Part shown: positions 29,175 to 39,996 of the stretch, one piece after another | How positions within the stretch are numbered: position 1 is the first letter of the stretch | Layout: the number at the start of each line of letters is the position of its first letter | NCBI GenBank assembly: GCA_963707955.1 | Contig: OY970176.1 | Coordinates: 1,440,001-1,504,000 of the forward strand | Length of the DNA stretch: 64,000 nucleotides | From: Candidatus Bathyarchaeota archaeon | GTDB lineage: Archaea > Thermoproteota > Bathyarchaeia > Bathyarchaeales > Bathycorpusculaceae | Direction of reading: 5' to 3' | Program-made: the position numbers and the translations under genes | The notes under the pieces: model-generated | Database searches by the model: none | What the model was told of the DNA's origin: nothing | What the model saw: only the letters and a program-made list of their open reading frames with translations

Positions 29175-30491
29175 TCAGCGGATTTTTATGTACTTGTAGG
29201 CTTCTGTCATGTTTTCGAAGCAGAAATGTACTTTCTGATAGTCTCTTCTGAACTCTGCGACGTCCGCTCGTACCTTTTCCGGTGGCTCCTTGTCTATTAT
29301 GACGCGCTTGACGAATTCTGCTATTTCCGCCATTTCAGGTTCTTTCAATCCGAGTCTAGTGACTTCAGAAGTTCCTATTCTTATGCCTCCGGGATGCATG
29401 AAATGTCTTCCCTCCTTAATGTCCCATGGGAGTAGGTTTCTGTTTATGATTATGTTCGCTTTTTCCAGCGTCTGCTCGATCGTGCCACCGTCGCCGTGCT
29501 TCGTTATGTCGATGAGAATGACGTGTGACTGCGTGAATCCCTTGTGTTCAGCTAAGACGTTGAGGCCTCTCTCGTGAAGCGCTTGGGCGAGAGCTTTGGC
29601 ATTCTTCACTATCTGGTTTGCGTATTCTTCTCCAAATTGAAGCATCTCTGCGCATGCAACCGTAAGTCCAGCAACTTCGTGTAAGTGGTGGTTGCTCACC
29701 ATTCCAGGAAAAGTGGCCTTCTTTATTCTTTCGGCATACTTATCCCAAGAGAGAATTCCACCGTGTTGCGGTCCAAAGAACGTTTTGTGTGTGCTTAGAC
29801 TGACAACGTCTGCCCCCTCCTTAAGCGGGTCTTGGAATTGCCCTCCGGCAATCAATCCTGCCACGTGCGCTGCATCATACCCCACTGTTGCCCCGACCGA
29901 ACGAATGATCTCTGCCAGCTCCTTGACGGGATGGGGAAAGGGGAAAACACTCGCGCCAAACATGACAAACTTTGGAGGCTTGCCCTTCGCAGCAAGTTCT
30001 TTAATCTTAATTTTCGCTTTGTCCACGTCTATGTTCAATTCTTTGTAATCCAAGGGTAGGTATTCAACGTTCAACCCCTTGACTGCCCCTGCCGTGCCTC
30101 CGAGTTCCTTCTTGCCCGACGTGATGTGACCTCCGCTGGGGATCGACAGTGCCATCAGAGTATCTCCGGGCTCAGTGAAAGCCGTGTAGACTGCTAGGTT
30201 TGCGACGACGCCTGAAATGGGTCTAACGTCCACAAATTCTGCTTTGAAAAGTCGTTTCATGAGTTCAATGCATTTGAACTCTACTTCGTCGATGAAGCGG
30301 CAGCCGGCGTAGACTCTTTCTCCTGGCCAGCCTTCTGCATACCTGTTGCCGAAGTCTGTTATTATTGCCTCACGGACGGCTGGGCTTGGCACGTTCTCAC
30401 TTGCTATGAGGGGAATGCTGTCCTGAAACCATTTATGATGCTTTTGAAGGAGGTCAAAAACATGGTCATATTCGTCTCTTGGAGTGGACAT
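29175..30491 (-). CDS. glyA: Serine hydroxymethyltransferase
   Basis: LIASEN, YAEG, DAAHVAGLIAG, STHKTFFGP, GIRIGT. Confidence 0.96.
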   Translation of the reverse strand: MSTPRDEYDHVFDLLQKHHKWFQDSIPLIASENVPSPAVREAIITDFGNRYAEGWPGERVYAGCRFIDEVEFKCIELMKRLFKAEFVDVRPISGVVANLAVYTAFTEPGDTLMALSIPSGGHITSGKKELGGTAGAVKGLNVEYLPLDYKELNIDVDKAKIKIKELAAKGKPPKFVMFGASVFPFPHPVKELAEIIRSVGATVGYDAAHVAGLIAGGQFQDPLKEGADVVSLSTHKTFFGPQHGGILSWDKYAERIKKATFPGMVSNHHLHEVAGLTVACAEMLQFGEEYANQIVKNAKALAQALHERGLNVLAEHKGFTQSHVILIDITKHGDGGTIEQTLEKANIIINRNLLPWDIKEGRHFMHPGGIRIGTSEVTRLGLKEPEMAEIAEFVKRVIIDKEPPEKVRADVAEFRRDYQKVHFCFENMTEAYKYIKIR

Positions 30492-30610
30492 TGAGATCGC
30501 CTTTTTGCATCAACATATCACTTGTTCAAAAATAAAAACTCTTTGAGCCGGCGTAACGTTAATAATGTAGAGAATGTTAGGTTATTCAGCATCCTGCTGA
30601 GGGTTTCAGA

Positions 30611-30781
30611 TTGAGTAGTAAGAAAAAGAAAGATAGTTCACCAATGCCGGCTGCAAGTGCGGGGCTGCTGAGATTCTTTGAAGAGGAAACTGAGGGCGTT
30701 AAGATGCGGCCTGAAGTGCTTGTGATATTCTCAGTGGCGCTGATAGTCGTGTGCTCCCTGGCGCACATATTCTTCACTTAG
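30611..30781 (+). CDS. secG: Preprotein translocase subunit Sec61beta
   Basis: Not in track (56 aa). Manual translation MSSKKKKDSSPMPAASAGLLRFFEEETEGVKMRPEVLVIFSVALIVVCSLAHIFFT. Confidence 0.9.
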   Translation: MSSKKKKDSSPMPAASAGLLRFFEEETEGVKMRPEVLVIFSVALIVVCSLAHIFFT

Positions 30782-30790
30782 GCTGCAACT

Positions 30791-31078
30791 CTAGCGACGA
30801 GAAGGAGTATGTAAAACTTCTATTCGCTGCACGGAGTTCAAGTGCACAAATATCTCGCTTCTTTCCTCTCGGCTTGCAACCTGCGGTATTGGCTGTGCGA
30901 TCGTTGCGCGAAGTATGATGGCTTCACTTTCTGATAGCCATATGCCTGCCGGTTCTCGTGTTACAGCCACAAGAGTTCCTTCAAAACCGTAGGCAGGATC
31001 CAAGATCACGCGTATTTTGTTTCCCACGTTTTTCTCAAGCATGTGAAATATAGTTGGTGGGATGTTCTGCTCTGGCAT
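30791..31078 (-). CDS. Sm/Lsm-like fold hypothetical protein
   Basis: LEKNVGNKIRVIL...FEGTL...IWLSE...EIFVHLNSVQRIEV resembles Sm1/Sm2 strands. Confidence 0.55.
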   Translation of the reverse strand: MPEQNIPPTIFHMLEKNVGNKIRVILDPAYGFEGTLVAVTREPAGIWLSESEAIILRATIAQPIPQVASREERSEIFVHLNSVQRIEVLHTPSRR

Positions 31079-31334
31079 GGGATTCGCAAAACCTTGTAAT
31101 TCTACTTTACGCATAAAATAGTTGCCGTTCCACAATATATACTGTGCTGATGGTACCATGTTTCTTCAGATGAAACCTGTGGAGTCAACATAGGCGTTTT
31201 CATGTTAGAGCTTGAGTTTCGTGCATGCAGAAATTGTCTAAATAATGCCTCAATTGATTGGGATCTTCCGCGCTTGGGGCCACGACAATTTAATATGTGT
31301 GCGCTTCTCTTTAGCAAAGTCACTCTTGAGGCAT

Positions 31335-33162
31335 ATGATGCTAACTGAAGATTCACTGGAGCAGTCTATGGACAGGGTGGTGAAGCGCTATTCGTCACTG
31401 TTCAGACTTCCATCTGACCGAAAGGTCTTCCTGCTGTCGGCGCTTTCTTGCGTGGGCGGGGGCCTACTGTCCACAGTGGCCCTCTTTCCCTCTTTGAAAG
31501 GGCTGACTTATGGCTTTCTATTGGGCATCGCAGTCTTCTCTGCAAGTCTAGCCGCCGACTATGCGGCAAGCACGTTGATCCTTAAGCGAGGCACGATCTA
31601 TAACTTGAGACGCACGATGTTCTCTCTCTCTTTTGCTGGGCGATTTGGCTCCTTTTCATCTTTTTGGGTGCTGGTTTAACTTCTTTACTTGGTCTAGAAG
31701 AATGGTGGATTAGGTTTTGTCTCATAGGTTTCTCAACGGCAATAATGTTACGTTTGGTTGTGTTCTCTTCAACATCAGCGATGAGTTATGGAAGATTTCT
31801 TGCTGCTTCTTTTCTCCAACCGTTTTTGTGCATAGTTCCTTTCTTGGCGTTCTGGACTGGAATCGGAAATTCGATCACGCTGCGTGTGCCTGCATTCCTT
31901 CTTTTTTCCGTGGTTGTGGCTCTTGTTTCGACTTTCACTTTTCTCCACTTTTTAGACAATGTGGGCAAGCGAGCGCTGGGGATGCAATCGCTGTCACTTT
32001 TCAGGGCGTTCATGCTCAACTGGGTTTTAGGCCTGAACGCACCGTTTGAGCAGCTCCTTGAGGAGTTAGGTGAAAAGAGAGATGTTGAAGCTTGCCTTCT
32101 GAAGTTCGCCTCTGCAAAGCCTAAGGCGGTTATAGTCGTTCCTTCTATTCACCCAGGGCCCTTTAAGAATATCGGAAGTAGTCTTTTGCCTTCATTACTA
32201 AAGGCCTCTTTAGAAAAGCAGTTAGGCTGCGTTGCCTGCGTTCCCCATGGTTTGCTTGGCCACGAGTTTGATTTGGCTTCTCAGAGGCAGAATGAAAAGG
32301 TCATTGAACAAGCCGTTGCGTCTGCACAAAGTCTAGAAGTTTCTGAAGCAAGAGCGTCTCCTTTCGTAAAAGTTACAAATGGTTTAGCTACTGCATGTTG
32401 CCAAGTTTTCGGCAAATCCGCCATAATTTCGTTTACCATGGCACCTAAGACGATTGAGGATCTACCGGAAGAAATAGGTTTGTTCGTCCGAGATGAAGCT
32501 GAGAGAAGAGGCCTAAGTTTCTGCGCGGTAGTTAACGCACACAACAGTATTGACGGAACTGCAGAAATGCGAGACTCTCTTGAGTCTTTGAAGGATGTTG
32601 CAACTAAGTGTCTAGAGAAAGTGGTTTCGCTCGAGCAGTTGCCGTTTGAAGTCGGAGCCGCGACAGTTGCGCCCAAGGAGTTCACCCTCGAAGATGGCAT
32701 GGGACCTGGCGGTATCACTGCCGTCGTTGTCAAGTGTGGGGGGCAGAAGCAACCTATGTTGTTATCGATGGCAACAACATGGTTTCTGGGTTGCGCGAAG
32801 AAATTCTTTCGGCTCTGAAGTCAATGGGGCTTGACGAGGGCGAAGTCTTCACAACGGACACTCATTCAGTCAGTGCGCTGATATTGGGAGGACATGGTTA
32901 CCACCCAGTCGGAGAGGTAATGGATAGGGAGAAGCTAGTAGGCTATGTTAAAGAGGCAGCGCGCACTGCAACCTCTGATTTGGAGCCTGTAAGAGCCTCC
33001 TGCAGCGGCATAAAAGTTGCTGACATCACGGTTCTCGGAGCGAAGCAACTTGAGACTTTATGTTTATTGATAGACAAAACTGTTCAAACAGCAAAGAAAA
33101 TCATTGCCCCAATCTTCGTAACTGCTGGCTTGCTATTAATGTTGTTTTTGTGGTTTGTTTGA
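31335..33162 (+). CDS. DUF2070-family membrane protein; frameshifts near 31620 and 32750
   Basis: Three consecutive ORFs join into one protein with IHPGPF, VNAHNS, DGNNM and TTDTH motifs. Confidence 0.8.
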
Positions 33163-33221
33163 GCTAACACTAATAAGGTTGAAGTTTTCCATGGTTAACT
33201 TCTCGGTAGAAGGCGGAACCG

Positions 33222-33791
33222 GTGCTAAAGGAAATCAGGATCCATGGTCGCGGTGGCCAAGGAAGCGTCACTGCGGCAGAAGTTCTGGCTCACGCTGCTT
33301 TTATCGAGGGTAAATGGGTCCAAGCCTTTCCATATTTTGGAGCAGAACGCCGAGGCGCTCCGGTTAAAGCGTTCGCCAGGGTGAGCAGTGATCCGATACT
33401 TGTGCACAGTCAAGTTTACAATCCTGACTATGTCATAGTGCTTGACCCTTACATCTACAAGGTTGTGGATGTAACTGAAGGACTGAAAAAGAACGGGATT
33501 GTCGTCATTAATACGAAGAGAAAGCCTAAAGAAATTGGCTTGGAGGGCTGGCGAGTCGCCACGGTTGATGCGACTGGAATAGCTCTTGAACTCAACCTGC
33601 TTGTTGCAGGTTTGCCTGTTGTAAACACGTCAATCTTAGGCGCGTTTGCCAGAGCAACAGACGAGGTAAAACTGGAGAGCGTGTTCAAGGCCGTCACACA
33701 AACTTGGGCAGGTGCTGCTGGCGAGAAGAATTCGAAAGCGACAGAACTGGCCTATGAGCGTGTAACAAAATGGTGGGACAGTGAAGGATAA
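33222..33791 (+). CDS. porG: Pyruvate/2-oxoacid:ferredoxin oxidoreductase gamma subunit
   Basis: [20 protein letters not shown]. Confidence 0.93.
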   Translation: MLKEIRIHGRGGQGSVTAAEVLAHAAFIEGKWVQAFPYFGAERRGAPVKAFARVSSDPILVHSQVYNPDYVIVLDPYIYKVVDVTEGLKKNGIVVINTKRKPKEIGLEGWRVATVDATGIALELNLLVAGLPVVNTSILGAFARATDEVKLESVFKAVTQTWAGAAGEKNSKATELAYERVTKWWDSEG

Positions 33792-34075
33792 TGAATGCGA
33801 CTACAAAGAGTCGTAAAAAATGGCCTCTCACACCTCTGTCCTCCCCAACGGTCGGGAGCATGGGAAAAACAGGATCATGGAGAACGTTCTGCCCGGAAGT
33901 CGACTATAGCAAGTGTACGCGTTGCACTCTTTGCTGGATCTACTGCCCGGACGCAGCTATTACTCGACGAGAGGACGATTCACCGGAAATAGACTACGAC
34001 TACTGCAAGGGCTGCGGAATATGTGCAAACGAGTGTCCGACCAAGGCAATAACGATGAAGCGGGAGGAAGAGTAA
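33791..34075 (+). CDS. porD: 2-oxoacid:ferredoxin oxidoreductase delta subunit
   Basis: TGSWR; two CxxCxxxCP 4Fe-4S motifs; DYCKGCGICANECP. Confidence 0.93.
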   Translation: MNATTKSRKKWPLTPLSSPTVGSMGKTGSWRTFCPEVDYSKCTRCTLCWIYCPDAAITRREDDSPEIDYDYCKGCGICANECPTKAITMKREEE

Positions 34076-35253
34076 TGGCGCAGATGATAATTGATACGGC
34101 AAACCACATAGCGGGTTACGCTGTGAAAGCCGCGAGGGTCAAAGTTGTTGCAGCCTACCCAATTACTCCTCAGACAACCATTGTTGAGAAGATAGCTGAC
34201 TTTGTGGAAACGGGACAGATGGACGCGGAGTACATTCGCGTGGAATCTGAGCATAGTGCTATGGTGGCTTGCATGTCTGCTGCTGCGACTGGGGTTAGAA
34301 CTTTCACGGCTACGTCCTCTCATGGTCTGGCCCTTATGCATGAAGCTTTACACTGGGCTTCGGGCTCACGCTTACCAGTTGTGATGGCCGTTGTAAATCG
34401 CGCCATGGGGGCTCCATGGAGCATATGGCCCGACCTCAGCGATTCTCTTTCCCAGCGAGACACGGGTTGGATTCAGTTCTACTGCGCTGACAATCAGGAA
34501 GTTTTTGACACTATAATTCAAGCCTACAAGCTGTGCGAGGATGAAAAGGTCTTTCTGCCAGCGATGGTCTGTCTCGAAGGTTTCATTCTGTCCCACACTT
34601 ACGCGCCTGTCAGTATTCCAGACCAAGACAAAATCGATGATTTCCTGCCAGAGTACAAGTCTGGCTGGACCTTGGATGTCAATCGTCCGTACTCTCACGC
34701 TAGTCTGGTTTCGCCTGAATGGTACATGGAGTTTCGTTACATGATTCAAGAAGCCATGGAGAATGCTAGGCGATTGATCCCGCAGATTGACAGAGAGTAT
34801 GCTAAGCATTTTGGAAGGCAATACGGGGGTCTCATTGACAAGTACAAGTGTGAGGATGCGGACCTGATAATGCTGACGATGGGAACAATGGCAAGTGACG
34901 CCAAACTGGCTGTTGACAAACTGCGCCAGGAAGGACAGAAAGTTGGGTCGGCAAGAGTCCGTGTCTATCGTCCGTACCCAGTGGAAGAGATCGCTAAGCT
35001 GGCCGGAAACGTCCAAATGATCTCAACCATTGACCGCCACATATCCTTTGGAATGGAGGGTTTTCTGGCATCAGAAACCAAAGCAGCCCTGTTCAACGAT
35101 AAAGATCGACCTATGGTGGCCGGTTTCATCGCGGGTTTGGGAGGCAGAGACGTGACCGCCGAGACCATTGAAAGAATGGCTCGAAAATCATTGAAATGGA
35201 TGCACGCTGGCAAAGTTGAAAAAATGACTGAATGGGTCGACTTAAAGGAGTGA
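34075..35253 (+). CDS. porA: 2-oxoacid:ferredoxin oxidoreductase alpha subunit
   Basis: YPITPQT, ESEHSA, TATSSHGL, GLGGRD. Confidence 0.93.
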   Translation: MAQMIIDTANHIAGYAVKAARVKVVAAYPITPQTTIVEKIADFVETGQMDAEYIRVESEHSAMVACMSAAATGVRTFTATSSHGLALMHEALHWASGSRLPVVMAVVNRAMGAPWSIWPDLSDSLSQRDTGWIQFYCADNQEVFDTIIQAYKLCEDEKVFLPAMVCLEGFILSHTYAPVSIPDQDKIDDFLPEYKSGWTLDVNRPYSHASLVSPEWYMEFRYMIQEAMENARRLIPQIDREYAKHFGRQYGGLIDKYKCEDADLIMLTMGTMASDAKLAVDKLRQEGQKVGSARVRVYRPYPVEEIAKLAGNVQMISTIDRHISFGMEGFLASETKAALFNDKDRPMVAGFIAGLGGRDVTAETIERMARKSLKWMHAGKVEKMTEWVDLKE

Positions 35254-35259
35254 AGAAGG

Positions 35260-36186
35260 ATGGTGACGATAAAAGATCTTCCAAAAGAAGAGTACCTGTT
35301 GAAAGGTCATGCTGCCTGTGCTGGCTGCGGTCCAGCTGTCTCACTGCGCTTACTCCTTAAAGCGTTAGGCAACAAGGTTATAATGGTTGTCCCAGCATGT
35401 TGCACAACAGTGATTCAGGGACCCTATCCTTACACTTCTTCTGCCGTCCCCCTCGAAAACGTATTGTTTGAGTCTACAGGTGCGGCAGCATCAGGAATCG
35501 TTGCGGCATTGAAGAAGAGAAACCTCGAAGATATCACTGTTGTGGGCTGGGCTGGAGACGGCGGAACCGTTGACATTGGGATTCAAGCCCTGTCAGGAGC
35601 GGCTGAAAGAGGAACTAACTTCATCTACATATGCTATGACAACGAAGCCTACGGCAACACTGGAATGCAGCGGAGTGGAGCCACACCCTACGGGGCTTGG
35701 ACAACCACCACGCCGTCTGGAAAGAAAGAGCGCAAGAAGGACATGCCGCTCATAATGGCTGCCCACAGAATACCCTACGTCGCGACTGCCTGTACCTCCT
35801 ACCCATTGGACTTTGTAAACAAGCTTAGAAAAGCCAAGGAGATCAAGGGGACAAAGTACATCCACCTTCTAGCACCCTGTCCGACTGGGTGGCGATACGA
35901 CACCAGCAAAACGATAGAGATGGGTCGACTGGCAGTGCTGACTGGTTTGTGGGTTCTTTACGAGATTGAGAATGGAAAGTTCAAACTCAACTCTCCCAGC
36001 GACCGACTAGTTGACAAGGCAAAGCGCAAGCCCGTCAAGGAGTATTTTATGTTGCAGGGTCGATTCCGCAACATGCCGGAAGAGGACATTGAAAAGATCC
36101 ACAAATGGATTGACGAGGACTGGGAGCAATATCGCAAGCTGGCATCCGGTAACGCGTCTCAACTCGCTCTCTATGCAAAAGCATGA
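35260..36186 (+). CDS. porB: 2-oxoacid:ferredoxin oxidoreductase beta subunit
   Basis: GHAACAGCG, GDGGTVDIG, YDNEAYGNTGMQRS, PCPTGW. Confidence 0.93.
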   Translation: MVTIKDLPKEEYLLKGHAACAGCGPAVSLRLLLKALGNKVIMVVPACCTTVIQGPYPYTSSAVPLENVLFESTGAAASGIVAALKKRNLEDITVVGWAGDGGTVDIGIQALSGAAERGTNFIYICYDNEAYGNTGMQRSGATPYGAWTTTTPSGKKERKKDMPLIMAAHRIPYVATACTSYPLDFVNKLRKAKEIKGTKYIHLLAPCPTGWRYDTSKTIEMGRLAVLTGLWVLYEIENGKFKLNSPSDRLVDKAKRKPVKEYFMLQGRFRNMPEEDIEKIHKWIDEDWEQYRKLASGNASQLALYAKA

Positions 36187-36308
36187 GCCGACCCATGGTG
36201 TGAGTAAACACTGCGCTAGTGGCCAGCCTCCTTTTTTATGTGATTTTTTGAAGATTTACAGATACTTATATAAAACTGTGCTTTCTAATCGTCTAGCTCC
36301 AATTGGTG

Positions 36309-37652
36309 ATGGAAATGGCTAGTTATCCGAAGATTATTGTCACTCCACCGGGCCCTAAAGCAAGGGAACTAGTTAGAAAAGACGAAACACTCATTTCGCC
36401 TTCCTACGGTCGATTCTATCCTCTTGTCGTCGAGTCAGGCAGAGGTTGTATCGTAAAGGATGTCGACGGCAACGAGTACATCGACTTCAACTCTGGCTTG
36501 GTGTGCATGAACGTCGGCCACAACCATCCCAAAGTGGTTGCAGCCATAAAGAATCAGTGCGACCGCTTCCTGCACTACTCAAACACGGATTTCTTCTACA
36601 GGGAGGTCGTTGAGCTCGCGGACAAACTGGCTCATGTTACACCTGGAAGCCCTGAGAAGAAGGTCTATTTTGGTAACAGTGGAGCAGAAGCTATAGAAGC
36701 TGCTGTCAAGCTTGCAAAGTGGCATAGCCGCAAACAGCTGTTCATAGCGTTCACCGGCTCCTTCCATGGTCGTACAGTAGGAGCACTGTCCTTAACAGCC
36801 AGCAAGCCGACTCAGAAACGCTATTTCTTCCCGTTGATGCCTGGGGTAACTCATGTTCCTTACGGGTACTGCTACAGATGCCCGTTCAAGCTGGCACTCC
36901 CTGAGTGCCACTACTGGTGCGTTGACTTTATTGATGAGCAAGTTCTGCAGAAGTACGTTCCCCCTGAGGACACTGCTGGAATCGTGGTTGAACCCATACA
37001 GGGTGAAGGCGGGTACGTTGTGCCACCGCCAGAATACTTCCAGCGACTGAAGAAGCTTGCCGACAAGTATGGATTGCTGCTAATAGACGACGAAGTACAA
37101 TCAGGAATGGGCAGAACTGGAAAATGGTTTGCGATCGAACACTGGGGGGTTGAGCCAGACATCCTTTGCACCTCAAAGGCACTGGCTTCGGGACTACCCC
37201 TAGGAGCGACTGTAGCCAAAGCCAAAGTCATGGATTGGGTTCCAGGCTCTCACGCAAGCACGTTTGGCGGCAACCCACTGTCATGCGTCGCGGCAAGCGC
37301 AGTGATAGACGTCATAAAGGAGGAAAAGCTTCTTGAGAACGCGACGAAGGAAGGTGCTTACATCATGAAGCGGCTTACAGAACTGAAAGAGAAGAGTGAA
37401 ATCGTGGGAGACGTCAGGGGCAAGGGTTTGATGATAGGCATGGAAATCGTTGAAGACAAGGAAAGCAAGAAGCCAGCACCTCAAAAGGCAAGCGAGATAA
37501 TGACCCGCTCATGGAAAAGAGGGATCAACGTCATTACCTGTGGGGTTTCAACTATTAGAGTTGCCCCGCCTCTGATCATAGCCAGAGAGCTTGTGGATAC
37601 GGCACTGGACATAATTGAAGGCGTCACAAAAGAAGTTGAAAAGGAAAGCTAG
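36309..37652 (+). CDS. Class III PLP aminotransferase (4-aminobutyrate/acetylornithine family)
   Basis: NSGAEA, FHGRT, EPIQGEGG, DEVQSGMGRTG, SKALASG. Confidence 0.92.
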   Translation: MEMASYPKIIVTPPGPKARELVRKDETLISPSYGRFYPLVVESGRGCIVKDVDGNEYIDFNSGLVCMNVGHNHPKVVAAIKNQCDRFLHYSNTDFFYREVVELADKLAHVTPGSPEKKVYFGNSGAEAIEAAVKLAKWHSRKQLFIAFTGSFHGRTVGALSLTASKPTQKRYFFPLMPGVTHVPYGYCYRCPFKLALPECHYWCVDFIDEQVLQKYVPPEDTAGIVVEPIQGEGGYVVPPPEYFQRLKKLADKYGLLLIDDEVQSGMGRTGKWFAIEHWGVEPDILCTSKALASGLPLGATVAKAKVMDWVPGSHASTFGGNPLSCVAASAVIDVIKEEKLLENATKEGAYIMKRLTELKEKSEIVGDVRGKGLMIGMEIVEDKESKKPAPQKASEIMTRSWKRGINVITCGVSTIRVAPPLIIARELVDTALDIIEGVTKEVEKES

Positions 37653-37670
37653 ATCTGCACGCGTGTTCAA

Positions 37671-38099
37671 ATGGAAATCCGTAGGCTAACCGCAGTCGAC
37701 TACAAGGAAATCGTGAAGTTTTGGTCCATTACTCAACTGCCTCATAAACCAAGGGGCCGTGACAGCGAGCAAGCAATAGCGTTGGAAATGAAAGCTAATC
37801 CAGACTTTTTCTTGGGAGCCTTCGAGCATGGGCGTCTTGTTGGAACAGTAGTCATAAGTTGTGACCTGAGAAAGGGTTGGATAAACCGTTTAGCTGTGCA
37901 TCCAGCCTTTAGAACCCGCGGCATAGCGAGGGCCCTAATCGATGAAAGCGAGAGAATCCTTAGAAAACGCGGTGTGAGACTCTTCTGTGTTTTGATTGAA
38001 GGTTCGAATGTTGCGTCGAAAAACCTCTTCAGAAAGTGCGGCTATGAGGAGCATCATGATATACTGTATTTTGCTATACTTTTTAGTAAAATAAACTAG
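37671..38099 (+). CDS. GNAT acetyltransferase whose native C-terminus is displaced by an insertion
   Basis: GWINRLAVHP...RGIA; after DILYF the tail is element-derived, and the in-frame native-like tail SKRDSGDV* lies at 40827-40853. Confidence 0.85.
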   Translation: MEIRRLTAVDYKEIVKFWSITQLPHKPRGRDSEQAIALEMKANPDFFLGAFEHGRLVGTVVISCDLRKGWINRLAVHPAFRTRGIARALIDESERILRKRGVRLFCVLIEGSNVASKNLFRKCGYEEHHDILYFAILFSKIN

Positions 38100-38117
38100 A
38101 TGAGTTTAAGTATGCCT

Positions 38118-38153
38118 GTCTCAATTCCCATTGCTTGGGATTTTTCCATGCAC
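38118..38153 (-). CRISPR. Solitary CRISPR-like repeat (single unit, no array)
   Basis: 36 nt GTGCATGGAAAAATCCCAAGCAATGGGAATTGAGAC with TCCCA/TGGGA hairpin and ATTGAGAC 3' handle; cas6 lies 1 kb away on the same strand. Confidence 0.6.
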
Positions 38154-38382
38154 CTAACAGTACGGGAGGAGTAACGTGGCTAGGCGTAGTATTCCGCGTA
38201 TCGCGCCAGCATATACATTACTTAATCCCATTCGCCGTCTCTATTCGCCATCCAGCTTCAAATTCTTTCTGGAAGCCCAGTGCAACCACCTCTCTTGAAC
38301 ACAAAAGCCAATCCTATTTGACACACAGAATAGGAAACGCTTATACAGTAGTACGTCAACTCTGTTGTACGAGGCAACTCGC

Positions 38383-38610
38383 ATGGAGAACGTAGTGAAA
38401 GTAACGCGAAGAGGACAAACCACAATCCCTGTGGAATTCAGGCAGAAGTTTGGAATCAAGGAAGGAGATCAACTGATGGTTGAAGCCACTGAGAAAGGAT
38501 TGCTCTTTAGGCCGATCCCCAGACTTGAAGACATGGCAGGCATAGACGCAAAATACGGCAAAGTGGAGGAAGTCAAGAAGCACATAGACAAACTCCGCGA
38601 GGAATACTAG
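38383..38610 (+). CDS. vapB: AbrB/MazE-type antitoxin (VapB)
   Basis: VKVTRRGQTTIPVEFRQKFGIKEGD. Confidence 0.88.
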   Translation: MENVVKVTRRGQTTIPVEFRQKFGIKEGDQLMVEATEKGLLFRPIPRLEDMAGIDAKYGKVEEVKKHIDKLREEY

Positions 38611-38612
38611 GC

Positions 38613-39011
38613 TTGAAAGAAGTCTTGGACACAAGATTCTTCACTGAACACTTCTACTCCGATCAGGTGCAGACAAAACAGATAACAGCGAGAAGACTGA
38701 GAGAACTAACAAGCAGAAACGAAGGAATATTGCCCACCATCGTCATCTCTGAAGTCATCCAAATAACCTGCGAAAAAAGAGGAAAAGAACTAGCAGAGAC
38801 TCGCTATCATGCGCTCATGGAAAGCGGACTCCAAATCCAAAGCTTGACCCCAACCATCGCCAAACAGGCCGGCCTCATCAAATGCCAACACAAAAACATC
38901 CCTATGGGCGACTGCATAATAGCCGCAACCGCCATAACTAGCCAAGCACGCATACTCTCTGACGACCCACACTACGACACAATAAAAGAAACCAAACGCA
39001 CATGGATCTAA
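38613..39011 (+). CDS. vapC: PIN-domain toxin (VapC)
   Basis: VLDT, ISE, GDCIIAATA, SDDPHY; directly follows the antitoxin. Confidence 0.88.
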   Translation: MKEVLDTRFFTEHFYSDQVQTKQITARRLRELTSRNEGILPTIVISEVIQITCEKRGKELAETRYHALMESGLQIQSLTPTIAKQAGLIKCQHKNIPMGDCIIAATAITSQARILSDDPHYDTIKETKRTWI

Positions 39012-39198
39012 GAAAGGAATAGACAGACAAGACATGCACGTCTTGAAAAGCCGAGAAAACCGGCACGCTTCATCTACTTATGCATCAGGCTTGCCCCGAA
39101 ATTATGGGGTAAATCTGAAAAGCTAGTGTCAGATGAGTTTTTGGCACCGAAACGATCAGTGCCGCAGATTCATGTCACACTCAATAAAGCATTGGAGT

Positions 39199-39996
39199 TC
39201 AAGATTTCACGTTCAGCTTGATCACACCGAATCCTCCTGTTCTGTTGCCGCCTACGCTCGCATACTCAGCGAAATTTGCCAGCATACACGTTATTTTGTT
39301 CCATTCGCTTTCCTGATCCTTTAGTTCATAAGTAGCCCAGCCAACGAAACCTGTTGCCTTCTTCCTCCTCATGGTTGCCAACCTCGTCCACAACTCATAC
39401 TCGCTCACACCCACGTTCTTGTCCAGCCACTCCCTATACGCCACGTACTCCTCTTTCCCAAACCGTCTCCCATCACTGAACAAGTTCCAACAACGCATCA
39501 AACCCGAAAAAACCTTTACAGCATCAGGAAACATCCAATGATAACCACTTCCCAAACTGGCAAAATACGTAGGCGACCTAAACGAAAGCCTAAACGCATC
39601 CGCTACTCCAGCTTCCTTCTCCAACTCCTCATAACTCTTACAGTTCACGCTCAGCGAAGCGATACGAAAGACCGTATCAAAAACCATCAAGCTATTCTGC
39701 TTCTGAAAGAAACTAAGCAAGAACGTCGAATACTCGTCCTTCAAAAACCTGAAACCGACCCGACAAGGAAACAACGGATCCAGCACATAACCACCCTCAG
39801 CGCGGCTCTTACTCCTAAACCGCAAAGGCGTCACGCTATAAGGCTTAGACACGTTCAACTAATGCAACAAACCAGACGCACCAGGATCAACCATCCTAAC
39901 AACATGCAACAACAAACCACGAGCCACATAACCCGTAAAAAACGGCAAAACCGTACTTTTCTCTGCATACATCTCCAAACCAATCTCAACAGGCAA
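39199..39996 (-). pseudogene. cas6: CRISPR-associated endoribonuclease Cas6 with in-frame TAG at 39859-39861
   Basis: MPVEIGLEM...GLLH*LNVSKPYSVTPL...FRSPT...GFVGW...FAEYASVGGNRTGGFG glycine-rich loop. Confidence 0.85.

Noticed and set aside
38154-38340. Possible continuation of a CRISPR array
   Set aside because: Only weak partial resemblances at ~38221 and ~38237, with the wrong periodicity; no array can be supported
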